A DNA stretch of 63,728 nucleotides, the filler included, from Raillietiella orientalis (lineage: Eukaryota): the NCBI GenBank assembly GCA_036172245.1. It is 3 parts of 3 records of this genome, joined end to end, with 100 filler letters (N's around TTAATTAATTAA, not from the genome) between each part and the next. Parts side by side here need not be neighbours in the genome. Positions count along the whole stretch, not along the records: positions 24,412 to 48,685 come from JAYWIR010000223.1; 2 more parts are not named here. One strand, given 5' to 3'. Position 1 is the stretch's first letter, and every line of letters begins with the position of its first letter. The notes below the pieces were generated by a model that worked only from the letters and a program-made list of their open reading frames with translations, was not told the DNA's origin and ran no database searches. Of the stretch, positions 24,943-38,100 are shown piece by piece. The position numbers and the translations under genes were made by a program.

Positions 24943-27900
24943 AGACGTGGATATCGGGGACCATTTGGGAAGTTGCAGAGGTATTCCGTGAAGAGGAACG
25001 GGGATTCCAAGGTAAGTTCCATTGCTTTTCTCGTCGTCGGGTCGGACGGATTTGCGATTCCCAAGGAGGGATCTAAAGTGGGTGTCGTGTACTGCCCATT
25101 GAGAAAGATGAACTGCAAGGACAGAGGATACCTGGAAACTGAAGGTAAAGGGATTTGCAGATACAAGAAATTGTTTATTGAATCCTAGGTGATGCTGCCG
25201 AATTCAAGTGTCCCCTTCCACCCATCCTAGACGTGGACATCCGGGACCATTTGGGAAGACGTTGAGGGATTCCTTGAAGAGGAACGGAGATTCCAAGGTA
25301 AGTTCAATTGCTTTTCTCGTCGTCGGGTCGGAAGGATTTGCGATTCGTAAGGGGGGATCTACTGTGAGTGTCGTGCACTGCCCATGGAGACAGAAGATAT
25401 GCGAGGATAGAGGATCCTTGGAAACCGAAGGTAAAGGGATTTGTAAAAACAAGAATTATTTTATTGATTCGAGGTTATGCTGCCGAATTCAGGAATCGTC
25501 TTCCTCCCATCCCAGACGTGGACAGAGGGGACCATTTGGAAGCTGCAGAGGGATTCCGTGAAGGGGAACGGGGATTCCAAGGTAAGTTCCATTGCTTTTC
25601 TCGTCGTCGGGTCGAACGGATTTGCGATTCGTAAGGGGGGATCTACTGTGAGTGTCGTGTACTGCCCATTGAGAAAGATGAACTGCAAGGACAGAGGATA
25701 CCTGGAAACTGAAGGTTAAGGGATTTGCAGATACAAGATATTGTTTATTGAATCCTAGGTGATGCTTCCGAATTCAAGTGTCCCCTTCCATCCATCCTAG
25801 ACGTGGACATCGGGGACCATTTGGGAAGATGCAGAGGGATTCCGTGAAGAGGAACGGGGATTCCAAGGTAAGTTCAATTGCTTTTCTCGTCGTCGGGTCG
25901 GAAGGATTTGCGATTCGTAAGGGGGGATCTACTGTGAGTGTCGTGTACTGCCCATTGAGAAAGATGAACAGCAAGGATAGAGGATACCTGGAAACTGAAG
26001 GTAAAGGGATTTGCAGATACAAGAAATTGTTTATTGAATCCTAGGTGATGCTGCCGAATTAAAGTGTCCCCTTCCATACATCCTAGACGTGGACATCGGG
26101 GACCATTTGGGAAGATGCAGAGGGATTCCGTGAAGAGGAACGGGGATTCCAAGGTGAGTTCCATTGCTTTTCTCGTCGGTGAGTCGGACGGATTTGCGAT
26201 TCCTATGGGAGGATCCAATGTGAGTGTCGTCTACTGCCCATTGAGAAAGATGAAATGCAAGGAAGAAGGATCCCTGGAAACTAAAGGAAAAGGGATTTGC
26301 AGATACAAGAATTTGTTTATTGAATCCTAGGTTGTGTTGCCGAATTCAGGAATCCTCTTGCTTCCATCCCAGACGTGGATATCGGGGACCATTTGGGAAG
26401 TTTCAGAAGGATTTTGTGAAAAGGAACTAGGATTGCAAGGTAAGTTCCATTGCTTTTCTCGTCGGTGGGTCGGACGGATTTGCGATTCGTAAGGGGGGAT
26501 CTACTGTGAGTGTCGTGTAATGCCCATTGAGAAAGATGAACCGCAAGGACAGAAGATCCCTGGAAACTGAAGGTAAAGGGATTTGCAGATACAAGAAATT
26601 GTTTATTGAATCCTAGGTGATGCTACCGAATTCAAGTGTCCCCTTCCACCCATCCTAGACGTGGATATCGGGGACCATTTGGGAAGTTGCGGAGGGATTC
26701 CGTGAAGAGGAACGGGGATTCCAAGGTAAGTTCAATTGCTTTTCACGTCGTCGGGTCGGACGGATTTGCGATTCGTAAGGGGGGATCTACTGTGAGTGTC
26801 GTGTACTCCCCATTGAGAAAGATGAACTGCAAGGACAGAGGATACCTGGAAACTAAAGGTAAAGGGATTTGCAGATACAAGAAATTGTTTATTGAATCCT
26901 AGGTGATGCTACCGAATTCAAGTGTCCCCTTCCACCCATCCTAGACGTGGATATCGGGGACCATTTGGGAAGTTGCAGAGGTATTCCGTGAAGAGGAACG
27001 GGGATTCCAAGGTAAGTTCCATTGCTTTTCTCGTCGTCGGGTCGGACGGATTTGCGATTCCCAAGGAGGGATCTAAAGTGGGTGTCGTGTACTGCCCATT
27101 GAGAAAGATGAACTGCAAGGACAGAGGATACCTGGAAACTGAAGGTAAAGGGATTTGCAGATACAAGAAATTGTTTATTGAATCCTAGGTGATGCTGCCG
27201 AATTCAAGTGTCCCCTTCCACCCATCCTAGACGTGGACATCCGGGACCATTTGGGAAGACGTTGAGGGATTCCTTGAAGAGGAACGGAGATTCCAAGGTA
27301 AGTTCAATTGCTTTTCTCGTCGTCGGGTCGGAAGGATTTGCGATTCGTAAGGGGGGATCTACTGTGAGTGTCGTGCACTGCCCATGGAGACAGAAGATAT
27401 GCGAGGATAGAGGATCCTTGGAAACCGAAGGTAAAGGGATTTGTAGAAACAAGAATTATTTTATTGATTCGAGGTTATGCTGCCGAATTCAGGAATCGTC
27501 TTCCTCCCATCCCAGACGTGGACAGAGGGGACCATTTGGAAGCTGCAGAGGGATTCCGTGAAGGGGAACGGGGATTCCAAGGTAAGTTCCATTGCTTTTC
27601 TCGTCGTCGGGTCGAACGGATTTGCGATTCGTAAGGGGGGATCTACTGTGAGTGTCGTGTACTGCCCATTGAGAAAGATGAACTGCAAGGACAGAGGATA
27701 CCTGGAAACTGAAGGTTAAGGGATTTGCAGATACAAGAAATTGTTTATTGAATCCTAGGTGATGCTTCCGAATTCAAGTGTCCCCTTCCATCCATCCTAG
27801 ACGTGGACATCGGGGACCATTTGGGAAGATGCAGAGGGATTCCGTGAAGAGGAACGGGGATTCCAAGGTAAGTTCAATTGCTTTTCTCGTCGTCGGGTCG

Positions 27901-28155
27901 GAAGGATTTGCGATTCGTAAGGGGGGATCTACTGTGAGTGTCGTGTACTGCCCATTGAGAAAGATGAACAGCAAGGATAGAGGATACCTGGAAACTGAAG
28001 GTAAAGGGATTTGCAGATACAAGAAATTGTTTATTGAATCCTAGGTGATGCTGCCGAATTCAAGTGTCCCCTTCCATCCATCCTAGACGTGGACATCGGG
28101 GACCATTTGGGAAGATGCAGAGGGATTCCGTGAAGAGGAACGGGGATTCCAAGGT
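24943..28155. repeat. Near-identical ~1.2-kb multi-monomer duplication at a 2000-bp offset (24943-26155 vs 26943-28155)
   Basis: Rare variants (CCCATGGAGACAGAAGATATGCG, GTTGAGGGATTCCTTG, GAAGGTTAAG) recur exactly 2000 bp apart. ORFs pair up as 25208/27208, 25477/27477 and 25778/27778. Confidence 0.9.
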
Positions 28156-31100
28156 AGGTTCAATTGCTTTTCTCGTCGTCGGGTCGGACGGATTTGCGAT
28201 TCCCAAGGAGGGATCTAAGGTGGGTGTCGTGTACTGCCCATTGAGAAAGATGAACTCCAAGGACAGAGGATACCTGGAAAATGAAGGTAAAGGGATTTGC
28301 AGATACAAGAAATTGTTTATTGAATCCTAAGTGATGCTGCCGAATTCAAGTGTCCCCTTCCACCCATCCTAGACGTGGACATCGGGGACCATTTGGGAAG
28401 ATGCAGAGGGATTCCGTGAAGAGGAACGGGGATTCCAAGGTAAGTTCAATTGCTTTTCTCGTCGTCTTGTCGGACGGATTTGCGATTCCCAAGGAGGGAT
28501 CTAAAGTGGGTGTCGTGTACTGCCCATTGAGAAAGATGAACTGCAAGGACAGAGGATACCTGTAAACTGAAGTTAAAGGGATTTGCAGATACAAGAAATT
28601 GTTTATTGAATCCTAGGTGATGCTGCCGAATTCAGGAATCCTCTTGCTTCCATCCCAGACGTGGATATCGGGGACCATTTGGGAAGTTGCAGAGGGATTC
28701 CGTGAAGAGGAACAGGGATTCCAAGGTAAGTTCCATTGCTTTTCTCGTCGGTGGATCGGACGGATTTGCGATTCCTATGGGAGGATCCAATGTGAGTGTC
28801 GTGTACTTCCCATTGAGAAAGATAAAATGCAAGGAAGAAGGATCCCTGGAAACTGAAGGAAAAGGGATTTGCAGATACAAGAATTTCTTTATTGAATCCT
28901 AGGTTGTGCTGTCGAATTCAGGAATCCTCTTCCTTCCATCCCAGAAGTGGATATCGGGGACCATTTGGGAAGTTGCAGAAAGATTCCGTGAAGAGGAACG
29001 GGGATTCCAAGGTAAGTTCCATTGCTTTTCTCGTCGTCGGGTCGGACGGATTTGCGATTACTAAGGGGGGATCTAATGTGAGTGTCGTGTACTGCCCGTT
29101 GAGAAAGATGAAATGCAAGGAAGAAGGATCCCTGGAAACTGAAGGAAAAGGGATTTGGAGATACAAGAATTTGTTTATTGAATCATAGGTTGTGCTGCCG
29201 AATTCAGGAATCCTCTTGCATCCATCCCAGACGTGGATATCGGAGACCATTTGGGAAGTTCCAGAAGGATCACGTGAAGAGGAACAGGGATTCCAAGGTA
29301 AGTTCCATTGCTTTTCTCGTCGGTGGGTCGGACGGATTTGCGATTCCTATGGGAGGATCCATTGTGAGTGTCGTGTACTTCCCATTTAGAAAGATGAAAT
29401 GCAAGGAAGAAGGATCCCTGGAAACTGAAGGTAAAGGGATTTGCAGATACAAGAATTTGTTTATTGAATCCTAGGTTGTGTTGCCGAATTCAGGAATCCT
29501 CTTCCTTCCATCCCAGACGTGGATATCGGGGACCATTTGGGAAGTTGCAGAGGGATTCCGTGAAGAGGAACAGGGATCCCAAGGTAAGTTCCATTGCTTT
29601 TCTCGTCGTCGGGTCGTACGGATTTGCGATTCCTAAGGGAGTATCCAATGTGAGTGTCGTGTACTTCCCATTGAAAATGATGAAATGCAAGGTAGAAGGA
29701 TCCCTGGAATCTGAAGGTAAAGGGATTTGCAGATACAAGAATTTGTTTATCGAATCCTAAGTTGTGTTGCCGAATTCCGGAATCCCCTTCCACCCATCCT
29801 AGACGTGGACATCGGGGACCATTTGGGAAGATGGAGAGGGATTCCGTGAAGAGGAACGGGGATTCCAAGGTAAGTTCAATTGCTTTTCTCGTCGTCTTGT
29901 CGGACGGATTTGCGATTCCCAAGGAGGGATCTAAAGTGGGTGTCGTGTACTGCCCATTGAGAAAGATGAACTGCAAGGACAGAGGATACCTGTAAACTGA
30001 AGGTAAAGGGATTTGCAGATACAAGAAATTGTTTATTGAATCTTAGGTGATGCTGCCGAATTCAGGAATCCTCTTGCTTCCATCCCAGACGTGGAAATCG
30101 GGGACCATTTGGGAAGTTGCAGAGGGATTCCGTGAAGAGGAACAGGGATTCCAAGGTAAGTTCCATTGCTTTTCTCGTCGGTGGATCGGACGGATTTGCG
30201 ATTCCTATGGGAGGATCCAATGTGAGTGTCGTGTACTTCCCATTGAGAAAGATAAAATGCAAGGAAGAAGGATCCCTGGAAACTGAAGGAAAAGGGATTT
30301 GCAGATACAAGAATTTCTTTATTGAATCCTAGGTTCTGCTGTCGAATTCAGGAATCCTCTTCCTTCCATCCCAGACGTGGATATCGGGGACCATTTGGGA
30401 AGTTGCAGAGGGATTCCGTGAAGAGGAACAGGGATCCCAAGGTAAGTTCCATTGCTTTTCTCGTCGTCGGGTCGTACGGATTTGCGATTCCTAAGGGAGT
30501 ATCCAATGTGAGTGTCGTGTACTTCCCATTGAAAATGATGAAATGCAAGGTAGAAGGATCCCTGGAATCTGAAGGTAAAGGGATTTGCAGATACAAGAAT
30601 TTGTTTATTGAATCCTAAGTTGTGTTGCCGAATTCAGGAATCCTCTTCCTTCCATCCCAGACGTGGATATCGGGGACCATTTGGGAAGTTGCAGAGGGAT
30701 TCCGTGAAGAGGAACAGGGAATCCAAGGTAAGTTCCATTGCTTTTCTCGTCGTCGGGTCGGACGGATTTGCGATTCCTAAGGGGGGATCTAATGTGAGTG
30801 TCGTGTACTGCCCGTTGAGAAAGATGAAATCCAAGGTAGAAGGATCCCTGGAAACTGAAGGAAAAGGGATTTGGAGATACAAGAATTTCTTTATTGAATC
30901 CTAGGTTGTGCTGTCGAATTCAGGAATCCTCTTCCTTCCATCCCAGAAGTGGATATCGGGGACCATTTGGGAAGTTGCAGAGGGATTCCGTGAAGAGGAA
31001 CAGGGATTCCAAGGTAAGTTCCATTGCTTTTCTCGTCGTCGGGTCGGACGGATTTGCGATTCCTAAGGGAGTATCCAATGTGAGTGTCGTGTACTTCCCA

Positions 31101-34100
31101 ATGAGAAAGATGAAATGCAAGGAAGAAGGATCCCTGGAAACTGAAGGTAAAGGGATTTGCAGATACAAGAATTTTTTTATTGAATCCTAGGTTGTGATGG
31201 CGAATTCAGGAATTCTCTTCCTTCTATCCCAGACGTGGATATCGGGGACCATTTGGGAAGTTGCAGAGGGATTCCGTGAAGAGGAACGAGGATTCCAAGG
31301 TAAGTTCCATTGCTTTTCTCGTCGTCGGGTCGGGCGGATTTGCGATTCCTAAGGGGGGATCTAATGTGAGTGTCGTGTACTGCCCGTTGAGAAAGATGAA
31401 ATGCAAGGAAGAAGGATCCCTGGAAACTGAAGGAAAAGGGATTTGGAGATACAAGACTTTTTTTATTGAATCCTAGGTTGTGCTGCCGAATTCAGGAATC
31501 CTCTTCCTTCTATCCCAGACGTGGATATCGGGGACCATTTGGGAAGTTGCAGAGGGATTCCGTGAAGAGGAACAGGGATTCCAAGGTAAGTTCCATTGCT
31601 TTTCTCGTCGTCGGGTCGGACGGATTTGCGATTCCTAAGGGAGTATCCAATGTGAGTGTCGTGTACTTCCCGTTGAGAAAGATGAAATGCAAGGAAGAAG
31701 GATCCCTGGAAACTGAAGGAAAAGGGATTTGGAGATACAAGAATTTTTTTATTGAATCCTAGGTTGTGATGCCGAATTCAGGAATTCTCTTCCTTCTATC
31801 CCAGACGTGGATATCGGGGACCATTTGGGAAGTTGCAGAGGGATTCCGTGAAGAGGAACGAGGATTCCAAGGTAAGTTCCATTGCTTTTCTCGTCGTCGG
31901 GTCGGACGGATTTGCGATTCCTAAGGGGGGATCTAATGTGAGTGTCGTGTACTGCCCGTTGAGAAAGATGAAATGCAAGGAAGAAGGATCCCTGGAAACT
32001 GAAGGTAAAGGGATTTGCAGACACAAGAATTTTTTTAGTGAATCCCAGGTTGTGCTGCCGAATTCAGGAATCCTCTTCCTTCCATCCCAGACGTGGATAT
32101 CGGGGACCATTTGGGAAGTTGCAGAGGGATTCCGTGAAGAGGAACGGGGATTCCAAGGTAAGTTCCATTGCTTTTCTCGTCGTCGGGTCGGACGGATTTG
32201 CGATTCCTAAGGGAGTATCCAATGTGAGTGTCGTGTACTTCCCATTGAGAAAGATGAAATGCAAGAAAGAAGGATCCCTGGAAACTAAAGGTAAAGGGAT
32301 TTGCAGATACAAGAATTTTTTTATTGAATCCTAGGTTGTGCTGCCGAATTCAGGAATCCTCTTGCTTCCATCCCAGACGTGGATATCGGGGACCATTTGG
32401 GAAGTTGCAGAAGGATTCCGTGAAGAGGAACGGGGATTCCAAGGTAAGTTCCATTGCTTTTCTCGTCGTCGGGTCGGACGGATTTGCGATTCCTAAGGGA
32501 GTATCCAATGTGAGTGTCGTGTACTTCCCATTGAGAAGGATGAAATGCAAGGAAGAAGGATCCCTGGAAACTGAAGGTAAAGGGATTTGCAGATACAAGA
32601 ATTTGTTTATTGAATCCTAGGTTGTGCTGTCGAATTCAGGAATCCTCTTCCTTCCATCCCAGACGTGGATATCGAGACCATTTGGGAGGTTGCAGAGGTT
32701 GTGGGGGTTTGGGATTCCAAGGTAAGTTCCATTGCTTTTCTCGTCGTCGGGTCGGACGGATTTGCGATTCCTAAGGGAGTATCCAATGTGAGTGTCGTGT
32801 ACTTCCCATTGAGAAAAATGAAATGCAAGGAAGAAGGATCCCTGGAAACTGAAGGAAAAGGGATTTGGAGATACAAGAATTTTTTTATTGAATCCTAGGT
32901 TGTGCTGCCGAATTCAGGAATCCTCTTCCTTCTATCCCAGACGTGGATATCGGGGACCATTTGGGAAGTTGCAGAGGGATTCCGTGAAGAGGAACAGGGA
33001 TTCCAAGGTAAGTTCCATTGCTTTTCTCGTCGTCGGGTCGGACGGATTTGCGATTCCTAAGGGAGTATCCAATGTGAGTGTCGTGTACTTCCCGTTGAGA
33101 AAGATGAAATGCAAGGAAGAAGGATCCCTGGAAACTGAAGGAAAAGGGATTTGGAGATACAAGAATTTTTTTATTGAATCCTAAGTTGTGATGCCGAATT
33201 CAGGAATTCTCTTCCTTCTATCCCAGACGTGGATATCGGGGACCATTTGGGAAGTTGCAGAGGGATTCCGTGAAGAGGAACGGGGATTCCAAGGTAAGTT
33301 CCATTGCTTTTCTCGTCGTCGGGTCGGACGGATTTGCGATTCCTAAGGGGGGATCTAATGTGAGTGTCGTGTACTGCCCGTTGAGAAAGATGAAATGCAA
33401 GGAAGAAGGATCCCTGGAAACTTAAGGAAAAGGGATTTGGAGATACAAAAATTTGTTTATTGAATCCTAGGTTGTGCTGCCGAATTCAGGAATCCTCTTC
33501 CTTCCATCCCAGACGTGGATATCGGGGACCATTTGGGAAGTTGCAGAAGGATTCCGTGAAGAGGAACGGGGATTCCAAGGTAAGTTCCATTGCTTTTCTC
33601 GTCGTCGGGTCGGACGGATTTGCGATTCCTAAGGGAGTATCCAATGTGAGTGTCGTGTACTTCCCATTGAGAAAGATGAAATGCAAGGAAGAAGGATCCC
33701 TGGAAACTGAAGGTAAAGGGATTTGCAGATTAAAGAATTTTTTTATTGAATCCTAGGTTGTGCTGCCGAATTCAGGAATCCTCTTGCTTCCATCCCAGAC
33801 GTGGATATCGGGGACCATTTGGGAAGTTGCAGAGGGATTCCGTGAAGAGGAACAGGGATTCCAAGGTAAGTTCCATTGCTTTTCTCGTCGTCGGGTCGGA
33901 CGGATTTGCGATTCCTAAGGGAGTATCCCATGTGAGTGTCGTGTACTTCCCATTGAGAAAAATGAAATGCAAGGAAGAAGGATCCCTGGAAACTAAAGGT
34001 AAAGGGATTTGCAGATACAAGAATTTTTTTATTGAATCCCAGGTTGTGCTGCCGAATTCAGGAATCCTCTTCCTTCCATCCCAGACGTGGATATCGGGGA

Positions 34101-35199
34101 CCATTTTGGAAGTTGCAGAGGGATTCCGTGAAGAGGAACGGGGATTCCAAGGTAGGTTCCATTGCTTTTCTCGTCGTCGGGTCGGACGGATTTGCGATTC
34201 CTAAGGGAGTATCCCATGTGAGTGTCGTGTACTGCCCGTTGAGAAAGATGAAATGCAAGGAAGAAGGATCCCTGGAAACTTAAGGAAAAGGGATTTGGAG
34301 ATACAAAAATTTGTTTATTGAATCCTAGGTTGTACTGCCGAATTCAGGAATCCTCTTCCTTCCATCCCAGACGTGGATATCGGGGACCATTTGGGAAGTT
34401 GCAGAGGGATTCCGTGAAGAGGAACAGGGATTCCAAGGTAAGTTCCATTGCTTTTCTCGTCGTCGGGTCGGACGGATTTGCGATTCCTAAGGGAGTATCC
34501 AATGTGAGTGTCGTGTACTTCCCATTGAGAAAGATGAAATGCAAGGAAGAAGGATCCCTGGAAACTGAAGGTAAAGGGATTTGCAGATACATGAATTTTT
34601 TTATTGAATCCTAGGTTGTGCTGCCGAATTCAGGAATCCTCTTGCTTCCATCCCAGACGTGGATATCGGGGACCATTTGGGAAGTTGCAGAAGGATTCCG
34701 TGAAGAGGAACGGGGATTCCAAGGTAAGTTCCATTGCTTTTCTCGTCGTCGGGTCGGACGGATTTCCGATTCCTAAGGGAGTATCCAATGTGAGTGTCGT
34801 GTACTGCCCGTTGAGAAAGATGAAATGCAAGGAAGAAGGATCCCTGGAAACTTAAGGAAAAGGGATTTGCAGATACAAGAATTTGTTTATTGAATCCTAG
34901 GTTGTGCTGCCGAATTCAGGAATCCTCTTCCTTCCATCCCAGACGTGGATATCGGGGACCATTTGGGAAGTTGCAGAGGGATTCCGTGAAGAGGAACGGG
35001 GATTCCAAGGTAAGTTCCATTGCTTTTCTCGTCGTCGGGTCGGACGGATTTGCGATTCCTAAGGGAGTATCCAATGTGAGTGTCGTGTACTTCCCATTGA
35101 GAAAGATGAAATGCAAGGAAGAAGGATCCCTGGAAACTGAAGGTAAAGGGATTTGCAGATACAAGAATTTGTTTATTGAATCCTAGGTTGTGCTGTTGA

Positions 35200-38100
35200 A
35201 TTCAGGAATCCTCTTCCTTCCATCCCAGACGTGGATATCGGGGACCATTTGGGAAGTTGCAGAGGGATTCCGTGAAGAGGAACAGGGTTTCCAAGGTAAG
35301 TTCCATTGCTTTTCTCGTCGTCGGGTCGGACGGATTTGCGATTCCTAAGGGAGTATCCAATGTGAGTGTCGTGTACTTCCCATTGAGAAAAATGAAATGC
35401 AAGGAAGAAGGATCCCTGGAAACTGAAGGTAAAGGGATTTGCAGATACAAGAATTTGTTTATTGAATCCTAGGTTGTGCTGCCGAATTCAGGAATCCTCT
35501 TCCTTCCATCCCAGACGTGGATATCGGGGACCATTTGGGAAGTTGCAGAGGGATTCCGTGAAGAGGAACAGGGATTCCAAGGTAAGTTCCATTGCTTCTA
35601 TCGTCGGTGGATCGGACGGATTTGCGATTCCTATGGGAGGATCCAATGTGAGTGTCGTGTACTGCCCATTGAGAAAGATGAACTTCAAGGACAGAGGATC
35701 CCTGGAAACTGAAGGTAAAGGGATTTGTAGAAAAAAGAATTATGTTATTGAATCCTAGGTCATACTGCGGAATTAAGAGTCCCCATCCACCCATCCTAGA
35801 CGTGGACATCGGGGACCATTAGGGAAGACGCAGAGGTGTTCCGTGAAAAGGAACGGGGATTCCAAGGTAAGTTCAATTGGTTTTCTCGTTGTCGGGTCGA
35901 ACGGATTTGCGATTCCTAAGGGGGGATCTAATGTGAGTGTCGTGTACTGTCCATTGAGAAAGACGAACTGCAAGGACAGAGGATCCCGGGAAACTGAAGG
36001 TAAAGGGATTTGCAGATACAGGAATTACTTTATTCAATCCTAGGTTATGCTGCCGAGTTCAAGAGTCCCTTTCCACCCATCCTACACGTGGACATCGGGG
36101 ACCATTAGGGAAGACGCAGAGGTATTCCGTGAAGAGGAACGGGGATTTCAAGGTAAGTTCCATTGCTTTTCTCGTCGGTGGTTCGGACGGATTTGCGATT
36201 CCTAAGGGAGGATCCAATGTGAGTGTCGTGTACTGCCCATTGAGAAAGATGAACAGCAAGGAAAGAGGATCCCTGGAAACTGAAGGTAAAGGGATTTGCA
36301 GATACAAGAATTTCTTTATTGAATCCCAGGTTATGCTGCCGAATTCAGGAATCCTCTTGCTTCCATCTTAGACGTGGATATCGGGGACCATTTGGGAAGT
36401 TGCAGAAGGATTCCGTGAAGAGGAACGGGGATTCCAAGGTAAGTTCAATTGCTTTTCTCGTTGTCGGGTTGAAAGGATTTGCGATTCCTAAGGGGGGATC
36501 TAATGTGAGTGTCGTGTACTGCCCATTGAGAAAGATGAACTGCAAGAAGAGAGGATCCCTTAGAAAATGAAGGTAAAGGGAGTTGCAAATACAAGAATTT
36601 GTTTATTGAATCCCAGGTTATGCTGCCGAATGCAGGAATCGTCTTTTTCCCATTCCAGACGTTGACATCGGGGACCATTTGGGAAGACGCAGAGTTATTC
36701 CGTGAAGAGGAACGCGGATTCAAGGGGAGTTCAATTGCTTTTCTCGTTGTCGGGTCGATTGGATTTGTGATTCCTAAGGGGGGATCTAATGAGAGTGTCG
36801 TGTACTGCCCATTGAGAAAGATGAACTTCCAGGACTGAGGATCCCTGGAAACTGAAGGTAAAGGGATTTGTAGAAAGAAGTATTATTTTTTTGAATCCAA
36901 GGTCATACTGCGGAATTCAAGAGTCCCCTTCCACCCATCCTAGACGTGGACATCGGGGACCATTTGGGAAGCTGCAGAGGGATTCCGTGAAGAGGAACAG
37001 GGATTCCAAGGTAAGTTAAATTGCTTTTCTCGTCGTCGGGTCAGACGGATTTGCGATTCCTAATTGGGGATCAAAAGTGAGTGTCGTGTACTGCCCATTG
37101 AGAAATATGAAGTTCAAGGACAGAGGATCCCTGGAAACTGAAGGTAAGGGGATTTGTAGAAAAAAGAATTATTTTATTGAATCCTAGGTTGTGCTGCCGA
37201 ATTCAGGAATCCTCTTGCTTCCATCCCAGACGTGGATATCGGGGACCATTTGGGAAGTTGCAGAAGGATTCCGTGAAGAGGAACGGGGATTCCAAGGTAA
37301 GTTCCATTGCTTTTCTCGTCGGTGGATCGGACGGATTTGCGATTCCTTTGGGAGGATCCAATGTGAGTGTCGTGTACTTCCCATTGAGAAAGATAAAATG
37401 CAAAGAAGGATCCCTGGAAACTGAAGGAAAAGGGATTTGCAGATACAAGAATTTTTTTATTGAATCCTAGGTTGTGCTGCCGAATTCAGGAATCCTCTTG
37501 CTTCCATCCCAGACGTGGATATCGGGGACCATTTGGGAAGTTGCAGAGGGATTCCGTGAAGAGGAACGGGGATTCCAAGGTAAGTTCCATTGCTTTTCTC
37601 GTCGGTGGATCGGACGGATTTGCGATTCCTATGGGAGGATCCAATGTGAGTGTCGTGTACTTCCCATTGAGAAAGATGAAATGCAAGGAAGAAGGATCCC
37701 TGGAAACTGAAGGTAAAGGGATTTGCAGATACAAGAATTTTTTTATTGAATCCTAGGTTGTGCTGCCGAATTCAGGAATCCTCTTGCTTCCATCCCAGAC
37801 GTGGATATCGGGGACCATTTGGGAAGTTGCAGAAGGATTCCGTGAAGAGGAACGGGGATTCCAAGGTAAGTTCCATTGCTTTTCTCGTCGTCGGGTCGGA
37901 CGGATTTGCGATTCCTAAGGGAGTATCCAATGTGAGTGTCGTGTACTTCCCATTGAGAAAGATGAAATGCAAGGAAGAAGGATCCCTGGAAACTGAAGGT
38001 AAAGGGATTTGCAGATACAAGAATTTGTTTATTGAATCCTAGGTTGTGCTGTCGAATTCAGGAATCCTCTTCCTTCCATCCCAGACGTGGATATCGGGGA

